64,000 nt of DNA from Perkinsus olseni (Eukaryota): NCBI GenBank assembly GCA_013115125.1, contig JABANN010000001.1:124001-188000 (forward strand). Direction: 5' to 3'. Made by a program: the position numbers and the translations under genes. Shown piece after piece: positions 47,583 through 60,974 of this stretch (positions are counted from its first letter, which is position 1; every line of letters begins with the position of its first letter). Below the pieces are notes generated by a model that saw only the letters and a list, made by a program, of their open reading frames with translations, did no database searches and was not told the DNA's origin.

Positions 47583-49437
47583 ATGTTGAATAAGTCCTCG
47601 GCAGGAGGCAGCAGCAGCAGCAGTGAGGCCTCTGGAGGTCTCGATGATAATAGCATAGAGTACGTGCTGCTCAACAAACCAGAGTGCTATGTTTACAATG
47701 TGCCTCCGTCCACTCGGGGTCGGGGGCATAAGGCTGGCGAATGGACCAATTGTATTTGGCGAGGCCGGCTGCAGGTGGCTGCCAAGGTGAGCGAGGGCCC
47801 TCTGGCAGGCGTGAGGGTGAGGGAAAAGTCTTCGCCCTCTTCAGGGTCCAGTACTTGTCATCAAGTTCGTTGACGCTAGTACCGGAGATCTCTTCGCGGC
47901 TTGCCCCATAGCTCCGGACACCCCCATCGACAGAGTGGTAGAACGGACGGTCGATTCCAGCCGGTAATGCCTCCGGGCTCCGCGGGTGTGTGCAGGGGTC
48001 CAGTCAGGTACTTCGTATTGCGGCTGAGTGATGGCTCTGGTCACCATGCTTATCTTGGAGTTGGGTTTGAGGATCGCAATGATGCTTTTGACTTCAACGC
48101 GTGAGCCCTGCCGGGTACTCGGCGGATGTTGGATACTGGCGGCTGCAGGTGCTTGTACGACTTCGACCGTCAACGGTCTCAGATGGGGTCTTCTAGTGTA
48201 CCCACACCAGGAGCTGCAGGGCAGAAGGATTTGATTGTCAGTAGAGCGCCAGCATCAACACTCGGAGGTCCCCGGTTCTATTCCGTGATCGGGTCTTTCT
48301 CGTCAGAACCCTCTGCGCGAGAAGGCTCGGAAGGGTGAGGGTAAAGTGACTGTGCGACTGAAGGGGCTGAGCGCGGCGCATAAACAGGATGGGCATGAGT
48401 CGACGGGAGCCCCCTCTGTTACCACCGCAGCAGCGCAACCGGTAGGATACCCGACTTGTCGGCGGCTGGCATTAATCGCCTTGCCAGGCGGACTCCTCTA
48501 CAGCGGCCACTGACGGTTCGGTGGGCCCCGATGCAGGAGCGTTTCTTCCCCCTCCTCCCACGGCCGGTCGGAGTCGGCATGGTGGAGGCCGCAGTCGGCG
48601 AGGGAAGTAAGAGCTATCCGAGAGTGATGTTTACGCTATCTATTGGTCGTCGTGCTCAGAGCACCGTCATCGGTAGCCTCGACCGGGCGCACGCAGGTGT
48701 CCACTGTCAATGACCTTATTGATTTCGACGCCAGTGTCTCGAGCGGGAGCCCCGAGGCCCAGCAGGCCCAGCAGGCCGCGTCCTCGGTTCCTGGGTACCC
48801 TGGAGTCCCCATAGCGCCGGCCCAACCCTATCCGTATGGGCAGCCTGTTGCTGGCTATACCAACTTCCAGCCACAAATGGCGCCCTACCCTTACGGCGGC
48901 GGGCAGCAGCCAGGAGTGCCGCCGATGGTCTATCAGGGCCAGTACCCTCCGATGCAGGGCACGGCCGTGAGCGGGCCACAGTCAGCAGCTCCACAGGTCG
49001 CCATACCGCCTCAACCGTACAGTGTACCGGCTAGTCAACCCACGCAGCTCGATGAGCAAGCACCAGGCGTATCTCCTGGAGGTGTTGCTCCTGTGCAAGC
49101 CCCTACAGCCCAAGGGGTCCCCGTTGGGGAGGTCCTTGGAGCACCGGATGTCTACGTTCCGCCACCAGAGCCTGCGACGGCGTCAGCTACTGGAAAGGAG
49201 GCTAGTCAGACTTCGCCCGATCAAGCGGTTGCCGTTCACCCTGCTGCACAGTCCGATAGTGGTGGGAAAGCCGAACACGTGCCCACTGCAGCTTCGCCGG
49301 TCGTTGCTGCGAACGACCAGCATGGGGGAGTGGAGGAGCCCGCTAAGGCGCCGCGGCCTGATGCCGTGGAAGATGCCCAGCCAGCGCAGGCGAGCCAGGA
49401 TAAGCGTGATGAGCCTGAGTACTCGGTAGGTCGTTGA
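47583..49437 (+). CDS. NECAP: NECAP (adaptin ear-binding coat-associated protein) with a long Pro/Gln/Ala-rich tail; 3' end uncertain
   Basis: PHear-domain motifs [65 protein letters not shown]; clathrin-box-like LIDFD in the tail. Confidence 0.9.
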
Positions 49438-49734
49438 TGGGCTACCCTTCCTGTATCCACGCCTATCATGTTAGCCGCAACTTCCCCCTTATCAAGAGCC
49501 TCAACAATGATCAGTTGAAAGGGACCTTAACAGTGCTATTCACCAATCGCTCTGCTCGCCGACCTACGAGTTCTCCAGTGTAACCGAGACCTTCCTTCTG
49601 TCTGTTTTTCTCTCTACATTGGGTTGTGTTAGGAAGAATGAGTGACCATTCTGGGACCACTGAGGGACGGGTTGGCAGCTGAGACGTGTGACACTGTGAT
49701 AGTAGTGTTGTCGGCCACCAAGGATGGTGTTCAA

Positions 49735-50544
49735 ATGTCGTATGTGCAGCGAGGACCCCTGTGCGGCCCTGTTTGGCAAACGCGGTGTGAATGAGACGCC
49801 GAAGTAGGCCACAGCCCGCGCCTAGAGGGCTTCACTCGGTCCGTCCTCTCCCTCAGGCGCCCAGACCAAAGGACTCGTAGCGAGAGACGCGCTGTCCAGA
49901 ATTTCCAACCGCGCGATGAGCAAGCGCTGAAGGCCCTTGTGAAGTACGTCCAGGAGTTTTCCGCTGCCAGAAGATATCGCATTCGTCTCCGGTCGCTAGG
50001 TCATGGGAGCAGTACGTCCACCCGAGGGCCAGAGAGTTCTTCCAAACCCACGACAGGCTTACGGAGTCCTTGATGTCTATCGCTAGGAACATCCACTACA
50101 CCGACGACCCTATCCTGGTAAGATAGCTGTTGAGCTCTCGTTGTTACTCGTCCGTTGTGCAGGGTGGAGATTCGTGCGTGTATTGGTATGGAGATGTCAC
50201 CAAGGACGTGCCTGAGCAAGCTGCCCTTCGTCTGGTCAAGCCTGGCGAGGTCACTACCCGATTCCTCATCGCCCACACTGCTTCCAGTGGTGATCATTCT
50301 CAGGATGTCGAGTCCGTCACGTACGTAAATCGTCTGCTTGCCTTCATATTCGCAACGGATGAGAGCTTCGAGAAGCTCATGCGACTTCCTAAGGAGCCAT
50401 TCAAAATGGTAAGCAGATGGCGCCGTCTCGCAGCGTTGATGATGAAGTCATCGCGCCTGTGATGTGCTTATCTTTCCTCAGGTCTGTGGAGACCAACTCT
50501 GTGTGAACCTCAAGCACATTGGAGCTGAGCCCTCCTACAGATAA
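49735..50544 (+). CDS. Protein with a C-terminal HNH/His-Cys-box-like Cys/His pattern (multi-exon; 5' end uncertain)
   Basis: Spliced: ...SIARNIHYTDDPILGGDSCVYWYGDVTKDVPEQAALRLVKPGEDVESVTYVNRLLAFIFATDESFEKLMRLPKEPFKMVCGDQLCVNLKHI...*; exons join in frame at GT-AG sites. Confidence 0.7.
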
Positions 50545-51223
50545 TCAATTTGATTCTCGATAAGCATTCGAAAGATAACCACGGAAGCCCGCGGTTGCTG
50601 AGTCGCGGCAGCTGCTCACGGCTCCGATAATTCCCGGGTTCATCGGTTCTCTGCCTCCATACTGCTCCACCGTGTATCTTCTTTCACTACCATGCTTTCT
50701 CAGCTGCTGCTGCTGCTGTCTATCTGCTCCTGCTGTTACGCGGGGAGTCGCGGTTTATCAATGTCATCAAAATCGCCGTTACTCCTCGTCGCTGCGGTGG
50801 TGCCCGCTGTTGTGATGCTGGTCTTTGGTATGCATAGCACATCACTCGACTGCCATCAGTCATTGATCGCTCTTCTCGAACGAATGACGATAAGTGTTAT
50901 TATCACATTCTTGGTGTTCGAGTTCCACGGGAGTTTCCTATCAAGGGGGGGAGGTACTCTCTAGCACCGAACACAGTCTTTGCTTGCTAACTTTACGTTG
51001 TCTGTCTCCTGGCAACATCAAGATCATCTCTACCGGTGTTATTGGCCCTACAGTTGCTCTGGAGCGTCGTTGAGAGTCTCTCTAGCCTCCTAGGACATCA
51101 GACGTACCTTAGGCGACTCGTCGGTGACCGAGAGTCCGTCTAAATGGGCTGGTCTACTTCTGACTCGACTGGCCTCTTCGATTTCGACATGATAATTACA
51201 ACTACCCATCAGCAGGTCTTGTG

Positions 51224-54200
51224 ATGGCACCCCTGAATGATCCTCCGACAAGCTCGTCGAATTGCCAGTGTCCAACGGAGCCCAGGGTATGCTCCCCGTA
51301 CTTCTCCCTGCCTAGTGCCGTGCTGCTCAACGTCTACAGCTACGACACAGTACCGGAGATTCTCAAACGTGACTTGCCTTTGAATCGAGCTGTAGGCTAC
51401 TGTCTTATTCATACTTGCTGTACCGAGTCGTCGCTGGTCATAGTAGCTGGGTATAGGTACACTCGTTGTTAGTCGATGTCCTGCACATATACGACCTTGT
51501 CCTGGCAAATGAGAACAGACTAATACCCTGGCCTCAAAGGCCTGACGCTATAGCCGGCCCTGTAGGAATAACGAGGACCCTTCCTTTGCATTCAGTCGTG
51601 TTCAGTCGCTGTTATCCTACGGTGAGCTGTGTAGCTCAGCAAGGGAAGTTTTGTCTGAGGTGGCCGACCTCAGCGCTTTCTCGTGCACTTTTTATAACCT
51701 AATTACTGGTGAGTCATCATAACTCACTATGAAGGCTAGCTCATTGTCGTCCTCAGAGGGTATCGTGGCGAGCAGCCAAGATGACCCGGTACAAGATGTG
51801 TCCAAGAGTGTTACTAACGATGACGAATTCTGGAGCAGCAGTGGCGAAGCCCACATGGCTTGTCACGGCAGTGAGGTCTAGGCCTTCCTTGGCACGAGCA
51901 TGTCTTGGGTCCCCTTCAGATTGCTCATCAAGGCGCGAGCTGCCAACGTGCATCTGTGATCCTGAGTATCTTGTCTACGGCCTTTGTGACAGGAGCCTAG
52001 TGAGTACAGCGATCTGGGGACATGCTGAAACAGGACTTAGACACCTCCTACCCTCAAAAATCCGAGCGCTTCGAAGTTTTGACCGATATGTCGACTACCT
52101 GAAATCTGTTTATCTATCTGAAAGTCGTCATATCTTCTATAGCTGGATTTTCGAGCGAATGCGCTGGCGCCGTGAATGTCCCTGTCCGATGGAAACGATG
52201 GTGTGGTATGAGCGCTTCGAGAGCATCACAACTGATCCTCGTGTTACATGAGCCTTGTACTTGATGGTCAGATCACCAGAGTTGAGATCAACTTCTATCG
52301 AGCTGACTATCAGGCGGGGCAACCGACCTACGCCCCGCGAGCAGTAAGCGTGCATTCAACGTGGTCGTTGATAAGGTGTGCTGATACACAGGTCAGAGTG
52401 TTCGTCCGGGACGACCTCGAGGACGAGTGGGCGGCTGTGACCCCCTTTATAGAGACTCAGAATACGTCGAAACGGTTGATAATTCAGTGAGCTGAGAGCG
52501 GGTGTGAGGGTGCAGGCTGACGTGCTGTTGCTGCCCTTAGTCTGGCACCGCGAATTGTGACAGGGACCTTCGTAAAGCTGGAACTGTATGGCCGACAGCA
52601 AACGCAACAGGAAGATGGTCAGTGGTGAGTGAGCGCAAGTGGTTGTGGCGCCCAAGCGTCGTTCTCAGGTACGTCTGTGTCCGCTACGCTCGGGTTGTCG
52701 GTGTCCCTCTGTCGTCCAGCCATTTCTTCCGTCGTTATCCGATTCTCAAGTCCCTGATTTCTGAAGGGTCACCCAATGCAGGAAGCCATCCCGAGTGAGT
52801 AGCGTATCTTCGACCAGCGAGAGCATCAGGCGAGCGGTGGTAGATACGACCGCGTCCTCATGGGACTCGAGTATGATATTCCCCAGGACGGCCCGTGGCT
52901 ACCCAGCGCTCGGATAACGAGCCGCGAAGAGTTCGGCATAGCCCTACTGATGATGGACAGGGCGCTGAGGAACGTACGCCCTTCTCGTGTCACCGCTGGT
53001 CGAGGAGTTGTCGTTGTAGTTACGGCTGGCCATCGCCTGTGAACCTCTGCATGAGTGGCGGAACCAGATGTAGCATCTTGCACCGGTGTCTCGAGCATGG
53101 GTCGACCTGAGTTCATCGTTCTCTCTCAGAAATCCGGTCACGAGCGTCGCTGTGTACAAGCGGCTGTTCGCGGCTTATGCAGAGCTGTTCACGTCCGACT
53201 GGAGTGAGGTTGACCGCCAACGCGTCAGGGACGGACTGTAGGTCGTTTGCTGTCTCCGTTGCCGAGGTCGCTGACGCTGCTGTGCAGGCGCGTGCCCGAT
53301 CCTATCGGTGTCATGTTGCGGGAGCGGTACGAGAGGTTCAGAGTTGGCGACCAGAGACTCACTGCGTTCGAGACGGTCATGCTCATTCGGTGGTTCGCCC
53401 GGCAACCGGATCGTCGCGAGGTGGGTGTCCGAGCAGTAGCAGCCTGGCGGGTCAGACTGGACCCCTTCAGACCTTCCAAGGGTTGCTAAGCCGCTGTACA
53501 TCAAGCGAGGAACGCATGACGCCTTGCCTTCTCACAGTTGAAGTTGGCGACGAGCTAAGACGGTAGTGGTAGGCCTCGCCGTCCACAGTCTCGCACGTCC
53601 TTGCTAGGTACGACCTTGCCCGATCCATAATGGTGTATCAACACAGCAGAGTCCTACCGCATGATTGTTTCTTGGGCACCTTCATCCGCCTAGGCATAGA
53701 CTGGCCGACCGAAGAATCCGATCCGGTCCACGATCTCCTATTGAGTGCTCAAGCTTTGGAACCAGCGGTGCCCCGAATCCTTCCCTCAATCAGACCTTCG
53801 CGGAAACAATGCGGCACCGTTGCTGACACGCTTCTACGGTTCAAATACGAGGGAGTTGGCCCATGTTATCAGTGTGTGCATAGCCCACTACCAAGCGCTG
53901 GTTTACCCAGTGGCAGCCAGTGTACGTTGCTGGACTTCCTTCGGTTTACTCGGGAAGTGTTGTCCTGACAGGCTGGGTCTCTCGGCAAGCCCATGGCCGA
54001 GAGCGGCCCGAGTGGTAAGCGCTATGCTGAGCGGATAGCCGATCTCGTCGACCGGCTTCCGCTGAACCCTCACGACGTGAGTATCGTGTCTCTGGCGGTC
54101 GGGGGGATATGATACGGTCTCAGGAGAGCGCCCTGCGTATACAGCTCCTACTTCGACTAGAGGACACTGGCAGCCAGCCAGAACTTGCAGTCCCTTCCCG

Positions 54201-54327
54201 CTACCCGGGGTGCCCTACGTAACTGGGGTTGGTGCCCGCAGCAGCCGGCTGAGTGTTGGGTTATTTCCTCAGGTTGATCGCCCTAGATGATATCATCCGT
54301 AAGTTCGGCGATTTCGACGAAGAGTAA
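51224..54327 (+). CDS. F-box protein resembling the At4g00755-like family, probably with a helical C-terminal extension (multi-exon; could be two genes)
   Basis: F-box-like FSLPSAVLLNVYSY..PEILKR; IVASSQDDPVQDV..FWSSSG, PEYLVYGL, ITRVEINFYRADYQAGQPTYAPRA, VKLELYGRQQTQQEDGQWYVCVRYARVVG. Confidence 0.7.
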
Positions 54328-54559
54328 ATTACCATCATCATTCGCTCATTATTTTCCCGTTCACTTGTTCGACTCTATTTGTCCAGACCAATCGTACAGT
54401 GTTGCTGCTTCCAATTCTGCCTCTGCGGCCATCCTTGTTGCGTTCGAGGGGTGTGGTGGGCGACCTACAGTGCGGTCGGCCAGCAGTAGCTGAGGCGCGT
54501 CTTATCGCCCTCCACTGGGCACCCGCACTAACACGCGAGCGGAGTACGTTGATGAGGGA

Positions 54560-54601
54560 GGAGCAGTCCCTCAGACCCGCGGAGCAGTCCCTCAGACCCG
54601 C
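54560..54601. repeat. 21-bp direct tandem duplication
   Basis: ggagcagtccctcagacccgc twice. Confidence 0.9.
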
Positions 54602-55741
54602 GGCTGTTGGCAGTCCAGCATGGACGATTTACCTCCTTGCGTTCTAGAGTTCACAGAGGGCGGGAGTTCGCAGTTTTGACTTAGCACGCGTTTGGGCGGA
54701 AGTGATAGATTCATCGAACTTGAGTCATCAACAGCTTCTCCTGATGGAATAACTTTATCCATTTCTGTTCTAGTGATGGTCACACGAATGCTACTAGGCG
54801 TCAAAGCAGCGATAAGAGTGTGCCAGTGGATCGGCGGAGATGATGATTGTGATGATGTTTTCCTCATAGGGCTACGGAGAGCAGGAGGCGTCGAAGGGAG
54901 GGCCAGAAACCGCGGAGGAATGCATGGATTCTGCCGAGGTTCGACTTGACAGTTCCTTTATCCGCTTCATAAGCATTTCGAATCACCCGCGCAAAACGCC
55001 CAACCTGCGCGCAGAGCCGGAGCGAAGCGCAGAATGTTCCGCCATTTTCATCCAATGCCGGAAAATCGGAATTCGGTCTGCGAGACCGCTCCGCCGTTGA
55101 GAAGTTGCAAGAGAGCAAGTAAGGCAATCCATTCCGAGCCGACCAGCCTGTCGACCCCTTACTAAGCGATAATTGACCTCAAAGGAGGCTTACGTTTACT
55201 CTAAAACTTGTGGGAGTCGACTAACCATCATTGGCTTCTCTACTGCGTGAAAAATCTGCTCGAAATTACCGATTTTTGATCGACTGGCGTAAAATGGACA
55301 AAAGTTGCGTGCGGGTGATTCCGAGTGTTGGTCTCTGACAGCGCTTCTGACCGCTCACTTCAGACGCTTCCCTTCTCCTACCTAACTCTTCGTAAATTGA
55401 CCGGAAGCCTTCATGTCGCCTGTTGGGAAACTACCTGCCCAACCACAGGTAACAGCGGCCCTGCGTTCACTCTCTTCTCGGTCGGCCTGCGCTCTAGGTC
55501 CTTTCCGCAGTATTTCCTTGGGTTCTAAGCCGTTAGATTGCGTAACTTTCCTATTATTTCATTTTAAACCGGTGCATTATCGCTGATACTATGCGACTCT
55601 TGCCACTCGGTGTATGTTTCTCGTTAGCCCGACAGCATCACTTATTTTGCCACTTCGTAGCGCGCTTGCTTTAGTCACCCGCCGACTCAGGTTCGATTCC
55701 GGCGTGGTGTTGCACCGACCATCGAAATTTTCTATTTATTT

Positions 55742-57341
55742 ATGTCTGTTCAGGTATCGGCATCTGCCCCCACCAACGAGGAACCGCTGCCGCCCCTCGA
55801 TCCTGAGCTCGGCGTTCTGGCTCTCGAGTGGGCCCCCGACCTGGCCGAGATCCTCCGACGATACGACCCCGACTGGGATAAGGATATGATCGAGTTTGCT
55901 TTCAGCTATTGGAGTGGTACGAGAAGGGCTGGCCATTTTATCCGAATCCTTCACAAGTTCCATTATCGATGATTAGAGATTTCCTCTTTTGTCAGCCGAA
56001 ATCGAGAAGGTTAAAGCCCGTCAAGGAGACCGCATCGCTTGCCGCATGAATGGCCTTTTTAAAGTGCCGGAGACCGCAGACTCCATATGGTAGGGCCGTT
56101 CGTGAACTCGATTGTCAGAATGGATTTTTCCGCGTATCAGGGAGGTCGCGAACGTCGTGCGCACCCAGAACAAGGGCCGGAACGCCTATCTGCTGTTGCT
56201 GCGGTTCGAGAGGGACAGCGTTTTTGAAGAAGTCGTGACTAAGAATCCTGACCTGCAGCGCACGGACGATGCGATATGGATCGGTGAGGGGGCGATAACG
56301 GGGATGGTTTGTGAAGGCGACTTTCCTTTCATTTAGGTTTTACAAAGAGCCGCCGCGATTCGTACATTATACTCGACGACTGGTTCAGGAAGAAGAAAGA
56401 TATCAAAGCGGTAGGTCTGGGGGGAAAGTGCGTCATTTCGTCCGTACTAGGAGTTATTCACTCACAGGTGGACCCGAGAGTTTATCGTCAATGGCTGGAC
56501 ACGCGTGAGGAGATAGAACCGGAGCCGAAGCCTAAGTCAAGTAGTGGCGCCTGGGTGCTGATAGAGGGGCGAAGGCCATTCGTTTGGTTCAGGGAACACC
56601 TCCGTTCCTACCACGCCACTGAGCGGGGCAAGCATGGTTAATCATCATCCATCTATTACTTTTGATTCCTTCAAGAAGGCGGAAGAGCTGGGAAAGCAGG
56701 CTGCACAACTGGACGGCGATACTGGGGTGAGGAGCCTGCGGTGCGGTTATGTAAACATACCCTTACCGCGGATCGAACCTGCGCCCTCGCGGTTTAGAGT
56801 ACGTTTTTTATCAGTGTCTCTGTGATCAGACGCCAGCAAGTGGACGGCGGAAACGTAATTCGGTTATAGAGGCTGAGCAGAGGATGCAGCTCCAGGCTCA
56901 ACATAAGGAGTTGAGCAAGAAGCTGCGACAGGAGATGCAGCAACAAAAAAGCGAAGCGAAGAACAAGAAGAAAATTGGTGAGATAGGCTAACAGAAGCGT
57001 CTGTGCGGTTTTACTATGCGTTGTTTCAGCCGTAGTGGTCGAACCCTCTGCCCCTACCAGCGAGACGCCTGTGGCCTTGCCGAAAGCACCTGAGGCAGTG
57101 GCGGACACCCCAGTCGAGACCCCACCGAGGAAGAAGAGAGGACGCCCGCCGAAGAGCGCGACATCGGCCAAACACAAGAAGGAGGAGGCCCCATCACCGG
57201 GACACGCTGAAAAGGAAACGGCTGGAGCGACCGAGCCGAAGACGCCAGTTTCGGTTAAACAGGGTAAGGCTGGGATGCACTAGCGTCGAGGGGCCTGTAT
57301 GACGGCGTCGTAGGTGGCATCCCTGAGGTCCCAGAGTCTGC

Positions 57342-57373
<32 letters not shown>

Positions 57374-60300
57374 CACCTCCGTCCACTCCCAGTGGGAGTG
57401 ATGAGGAAGGCAGCGTTAGACGGCACAGTAGGAGGCGACGTGGCCATATGGACGCGGCTGAGGCGTACAGGCTAGCAGCGTGCCAGGGGCTAGTGGACAC
57501 TAACCCCTACGATAAATGGGTAAGCATCAGCTGTGGTGCGGTAGGGCGTGACTGTCGTGTTGGTCAGGCCCATGACGCAGCTGAGGCACAGCAGACCCGC
57601 ATAGCCCTACAGGAGGTAAGAAAGGTCCTCGTTGTTGCTCTCTTCTAGCGTGAGGCGCTGGCTTGTCACTGTAGGCCGCCGAACTTGAGCAGATCCGTCT
57701 TCAGAAGGAGCAAGAGAGCGAGGCTGAGCAAGCCGCGATGGCCGTGGAGACGAAGGGGAACGACGAGGAGGAGGACAGAGAGGCTCGAGAGAAGGAGATT
57801 GAGGAGAAACGAAAGGAGCTGAAAGAGAAGCAGCAGGAGAAGGCGAGACTGAAGGCCGAGATAAAGGCACACAGGAAGGAGCAGCAGGTAGTAGGCTGTG
57901 GTCAGCATCCAGTGGCCGTGGATGGATCGTGGTCAGGAGAGGATTGTCGAGCAAGTGTTACAGATGGAGCATGACAAGGCGGCTGCTCTCGATGGAGTTG
58001 CAGCTGGCGGGACTAAGAGCGATAGTGTACGGGTAGGCCGCCTTTTCCTCAGGACTCACCGTTTTATGCTACTTTCCTACTGTTAACGTCTTCTCAGAGA
58101 GACGCAGCATCTGGTATCATCCGGATTAGAGCCAAGCCCAGTCCGGTGCCTTCTGCGACTATGCCGACTTCCTTACCAGAGGGAGAGGTGAGAGGCGGGA
58201 AGGCGCCCGCTTGACTATCGAGTGATGGGCACTGACAGCAGGTACCTGCCGAAGAGGGAAGCTCATCATCATCATCATCATCTTCCACCGCCCGTCCGGG
58301 AGAGATGCTCGCCCAGGCTGCGGAGGAGGCTGTTCGCGAGGTTCAAGAGCTGGTAGGGAGGCCTCCTCGATGTAGCTTTGGACAGGCTGTTAATTGTCGT
58401 CTCGTCAGTCGCCCTCCCCAAGCGAGGCTCCAACCCCTTCAATGTCTAGTGGGTTTCATGGTGATGATGAGGAGCCTGAAGACGAGGTCATGGAGAGTGA
58501 GGCCAGCGTGGGGGATGAGGGCAGCGATTATGAAGAGGATGGTGAGAGCACCTAGCGTTACTACCGTTCCAGATGCTTCTTCCTTGGCAGATACTGTTAC
58601 GGTCGGTCGGAGGACTCGAGCAGTTAAACGCTCCGCGCCAGCAGCAGCCGGCACTGCCACCACCTCTAAGTAAGGGGAAGGGCGCATCGGTACTGGAAGC
58701 TAGCTTGTAACGACGCTCTTCGGCAGGTCTAAACGCCGACGAGGTGCACTGGTCACTGTGGGTTCGAAGCGTCGGAGCGTAAGGCTCGGGAACCCAGTAT
58801 GGAGGGCATCTATCTTCTTTTTAGTCCGTCTCCAGTCCCTCTGGGAATGCTGATGAGCCCAAGTCGCCTGGCGGGCTGTTTAGGTGAGTTTTGTCCAGTC
58901 TTGGGCGTCGCTTGGGAGTCTTTTTACCCGACTTCAGCCCTGGTGGTGACGGTGCGACGTCGACCGTGAACCCCCGGAAGCTGTATCGGGAGAAGGCGAC
59001 TGAAGGCTTCCGGAAGCTCTTCGAAGCAGGGGACGTAGCAGACGATGAAGAGTGAGGACGGGAGGGCGAGGACCCGTCATGAGAAGGACTCCGGTCTTCG
59101 CAGGTCTAAGGAAGAACGGTGCCGCAAGTGGGCTACTGAATTAGAGGCTGCTCTGTTCATCACGACCGGCGGAAAGAACGGCGAAAGTGGTTGGCAAAAG
59201 TGGGTGTAGTTTTGGCTTGATGGTCGTCGTTGTACTATGGTGGGGGTCTGCAGGTACCTAGACGCTATGAAGAGGCTAGTACCTATCATCAAGGACACAC
59301 AGTCGAAAGAGAAGCATCGCCATCTGAAGAGGGAGGGCGACGATGATCAAGCGTCACCCCTCCTCACGCGCCCGATCGGCGTCACTGGTCTGCTGCTCAG
59401 AAGCCGCCTTTCTGTGGACCAGGTAGGCCGATAGTGCTGCTGCTGTGGAGATGTACTTGATGGTGTTCAGCTTGCGTCGAAGCACTGTACCAGCGAGTGG
59501 CTGCAGGAGATGATAGGCTGGGACGACTTGCTTCTCGAGGACCCGACCTCAGACAATAGAGTAAAGCCCATCCAAGGCTTGCGGGGGATATTGGTAAGAA
59601 TGGCAGCCTCGCCCATGCCCTTGCCAGCTCGATCCTCTCTCTGTGCAGTTCAGAGAGTGTTTGGATCCGACCAAGGGGGTCATCCATCCTGGCAAGCGGT
59701 CCGCCATGCAGGTGGGCGATGGTCGGAGGGGAGCGGTCTTCTTCTCATCATACGCTATTTCAGTGCCACTTGTGGAGCTACGCCCTCGAGCACGAGATGC
59801 ATGCGTCGAGCAATGATGCGGCCTCCTACCGCCAAGCTGTAGGGGAACCCTTCTGTCGCTTGGACGCCTCCTCCCACGTTTTGGTCTTCTCAGATTGGCG
59901 CGCTGGTCCGGAAGCTGCGTGAGCTCGAGTCCAATTCATTGCCAGCCTTCCGCTTGCTCCACACTAATAAAATCACGTGTAAACGGCTAGCGTCAACCTC
60001 GGCTGCGACCATCGTCTCGGAGAACGCTCCTCATCGGACGTCCTCTGCGGCCAGTAGTGGAGGAAGCACTCCTGGTGGAGGCAGCAGCCCCAAGGCCGCC
60101 TCCCCAGCGGAATGCTCGGCAGCAGCCGTCGTGCTCTCACGGACGGCGCCGACAGCTCAGTCCACAGAGCCAGACCTCTATGATGACCTAGCCGTCGATG
60201 CTGGTGTACCTAAACTACCTACCAGCGGAAGTAGGACTGGCACTGCTGCTCGTTTTAGTGGTAAATGGCGGTCTTGTCAGGCGAACCGACCAGTGTGTCG

Positions 60301-60570
60301 TTGAAGCGGGTAGCCTCAGCATTGATAACAGCGGAAGAGGAGCTGCAGGAATCGGCTCCGGACTTCGCCCCTGCACCGATGATTATGATGGAGGATGACG
60401 AAAGTGATGACGACGAGGAAGGTAGGCCTTCCTGGGTGGTCTGTTGGAGTCGAAAATGGTGTTGTCTTTCAGAGAGCGTCGATGAGGATGATCATGATGG
60501 TGATCGGGCGCGAGATCCGGGCCATTCGCCTCCGCCAGTGGTCAGCGAGGGGACGTGGGTTGCACTGTAG
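55742..60570 (+). CDS. Large multi-exon nuclear protein with an AT-hook, coiled-coil/acidic regions and possible TFIIS-central-like segments
   Basis: RKKRGRPPK AT-hook near 57130; E/K/R-rich coil at about 57750-57885; WATELEAALF..YLDAMKRL and WSYALEHEMH..YRQAIGALVRKL segments; regular GT-AG introns. Confidence 0.6.
57342..57369. repeat. (CAG)n microsatellite inside a coding region
   Basis: cagcagcagcagcagcagcagcagcagc. Confidence 0.9.
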
Positions 60571-60974
60571 CGCTGCTGCTGCTGATCCTCTTGAATGTGA
60601 CGATAGCCCTATACCATTGCGATGTTTGTTTTTTCCTACACCATTAGCCTGCACCCCCCTTGTACCAAATTTGATGATGATGAAACAATAGAATAATAAC
60701 CTCCATTATCGTCAGACATCTATTACTATTCCTGCTGCCTGCTCCTCCCCCCACCCAAGCCCTCTCTCGGAGGGCCCTGAGCGGTGAGAGCCCCCCTAGC
60801 CATCATAGGCTTTATCAAGTTACATTGTTGGCTGCTAGTGATTGTATTAGATTATCCAAAGAACTCAATAACTGTTGGATTGACTTAGTCAATTCCCCCA
60901 GGGTGGGCGCTCCTAGGTGGCGGTTCTGGCGGGTTTCATTAGTAGAATATTTATTATTGCTTCTGCTACACTCC

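Noticed and set aside
50692-51143. Possible small membrane-protein gene; CYYHILGV recalls a J-domain start
   Set aside because: No HPD motif and no unique exon chain; may be a real small gene but cannot be supported.
54330-55130. Possible small minus-strand gene
   Set aside because: Short open frames with one plausible intron but no recognisable product.
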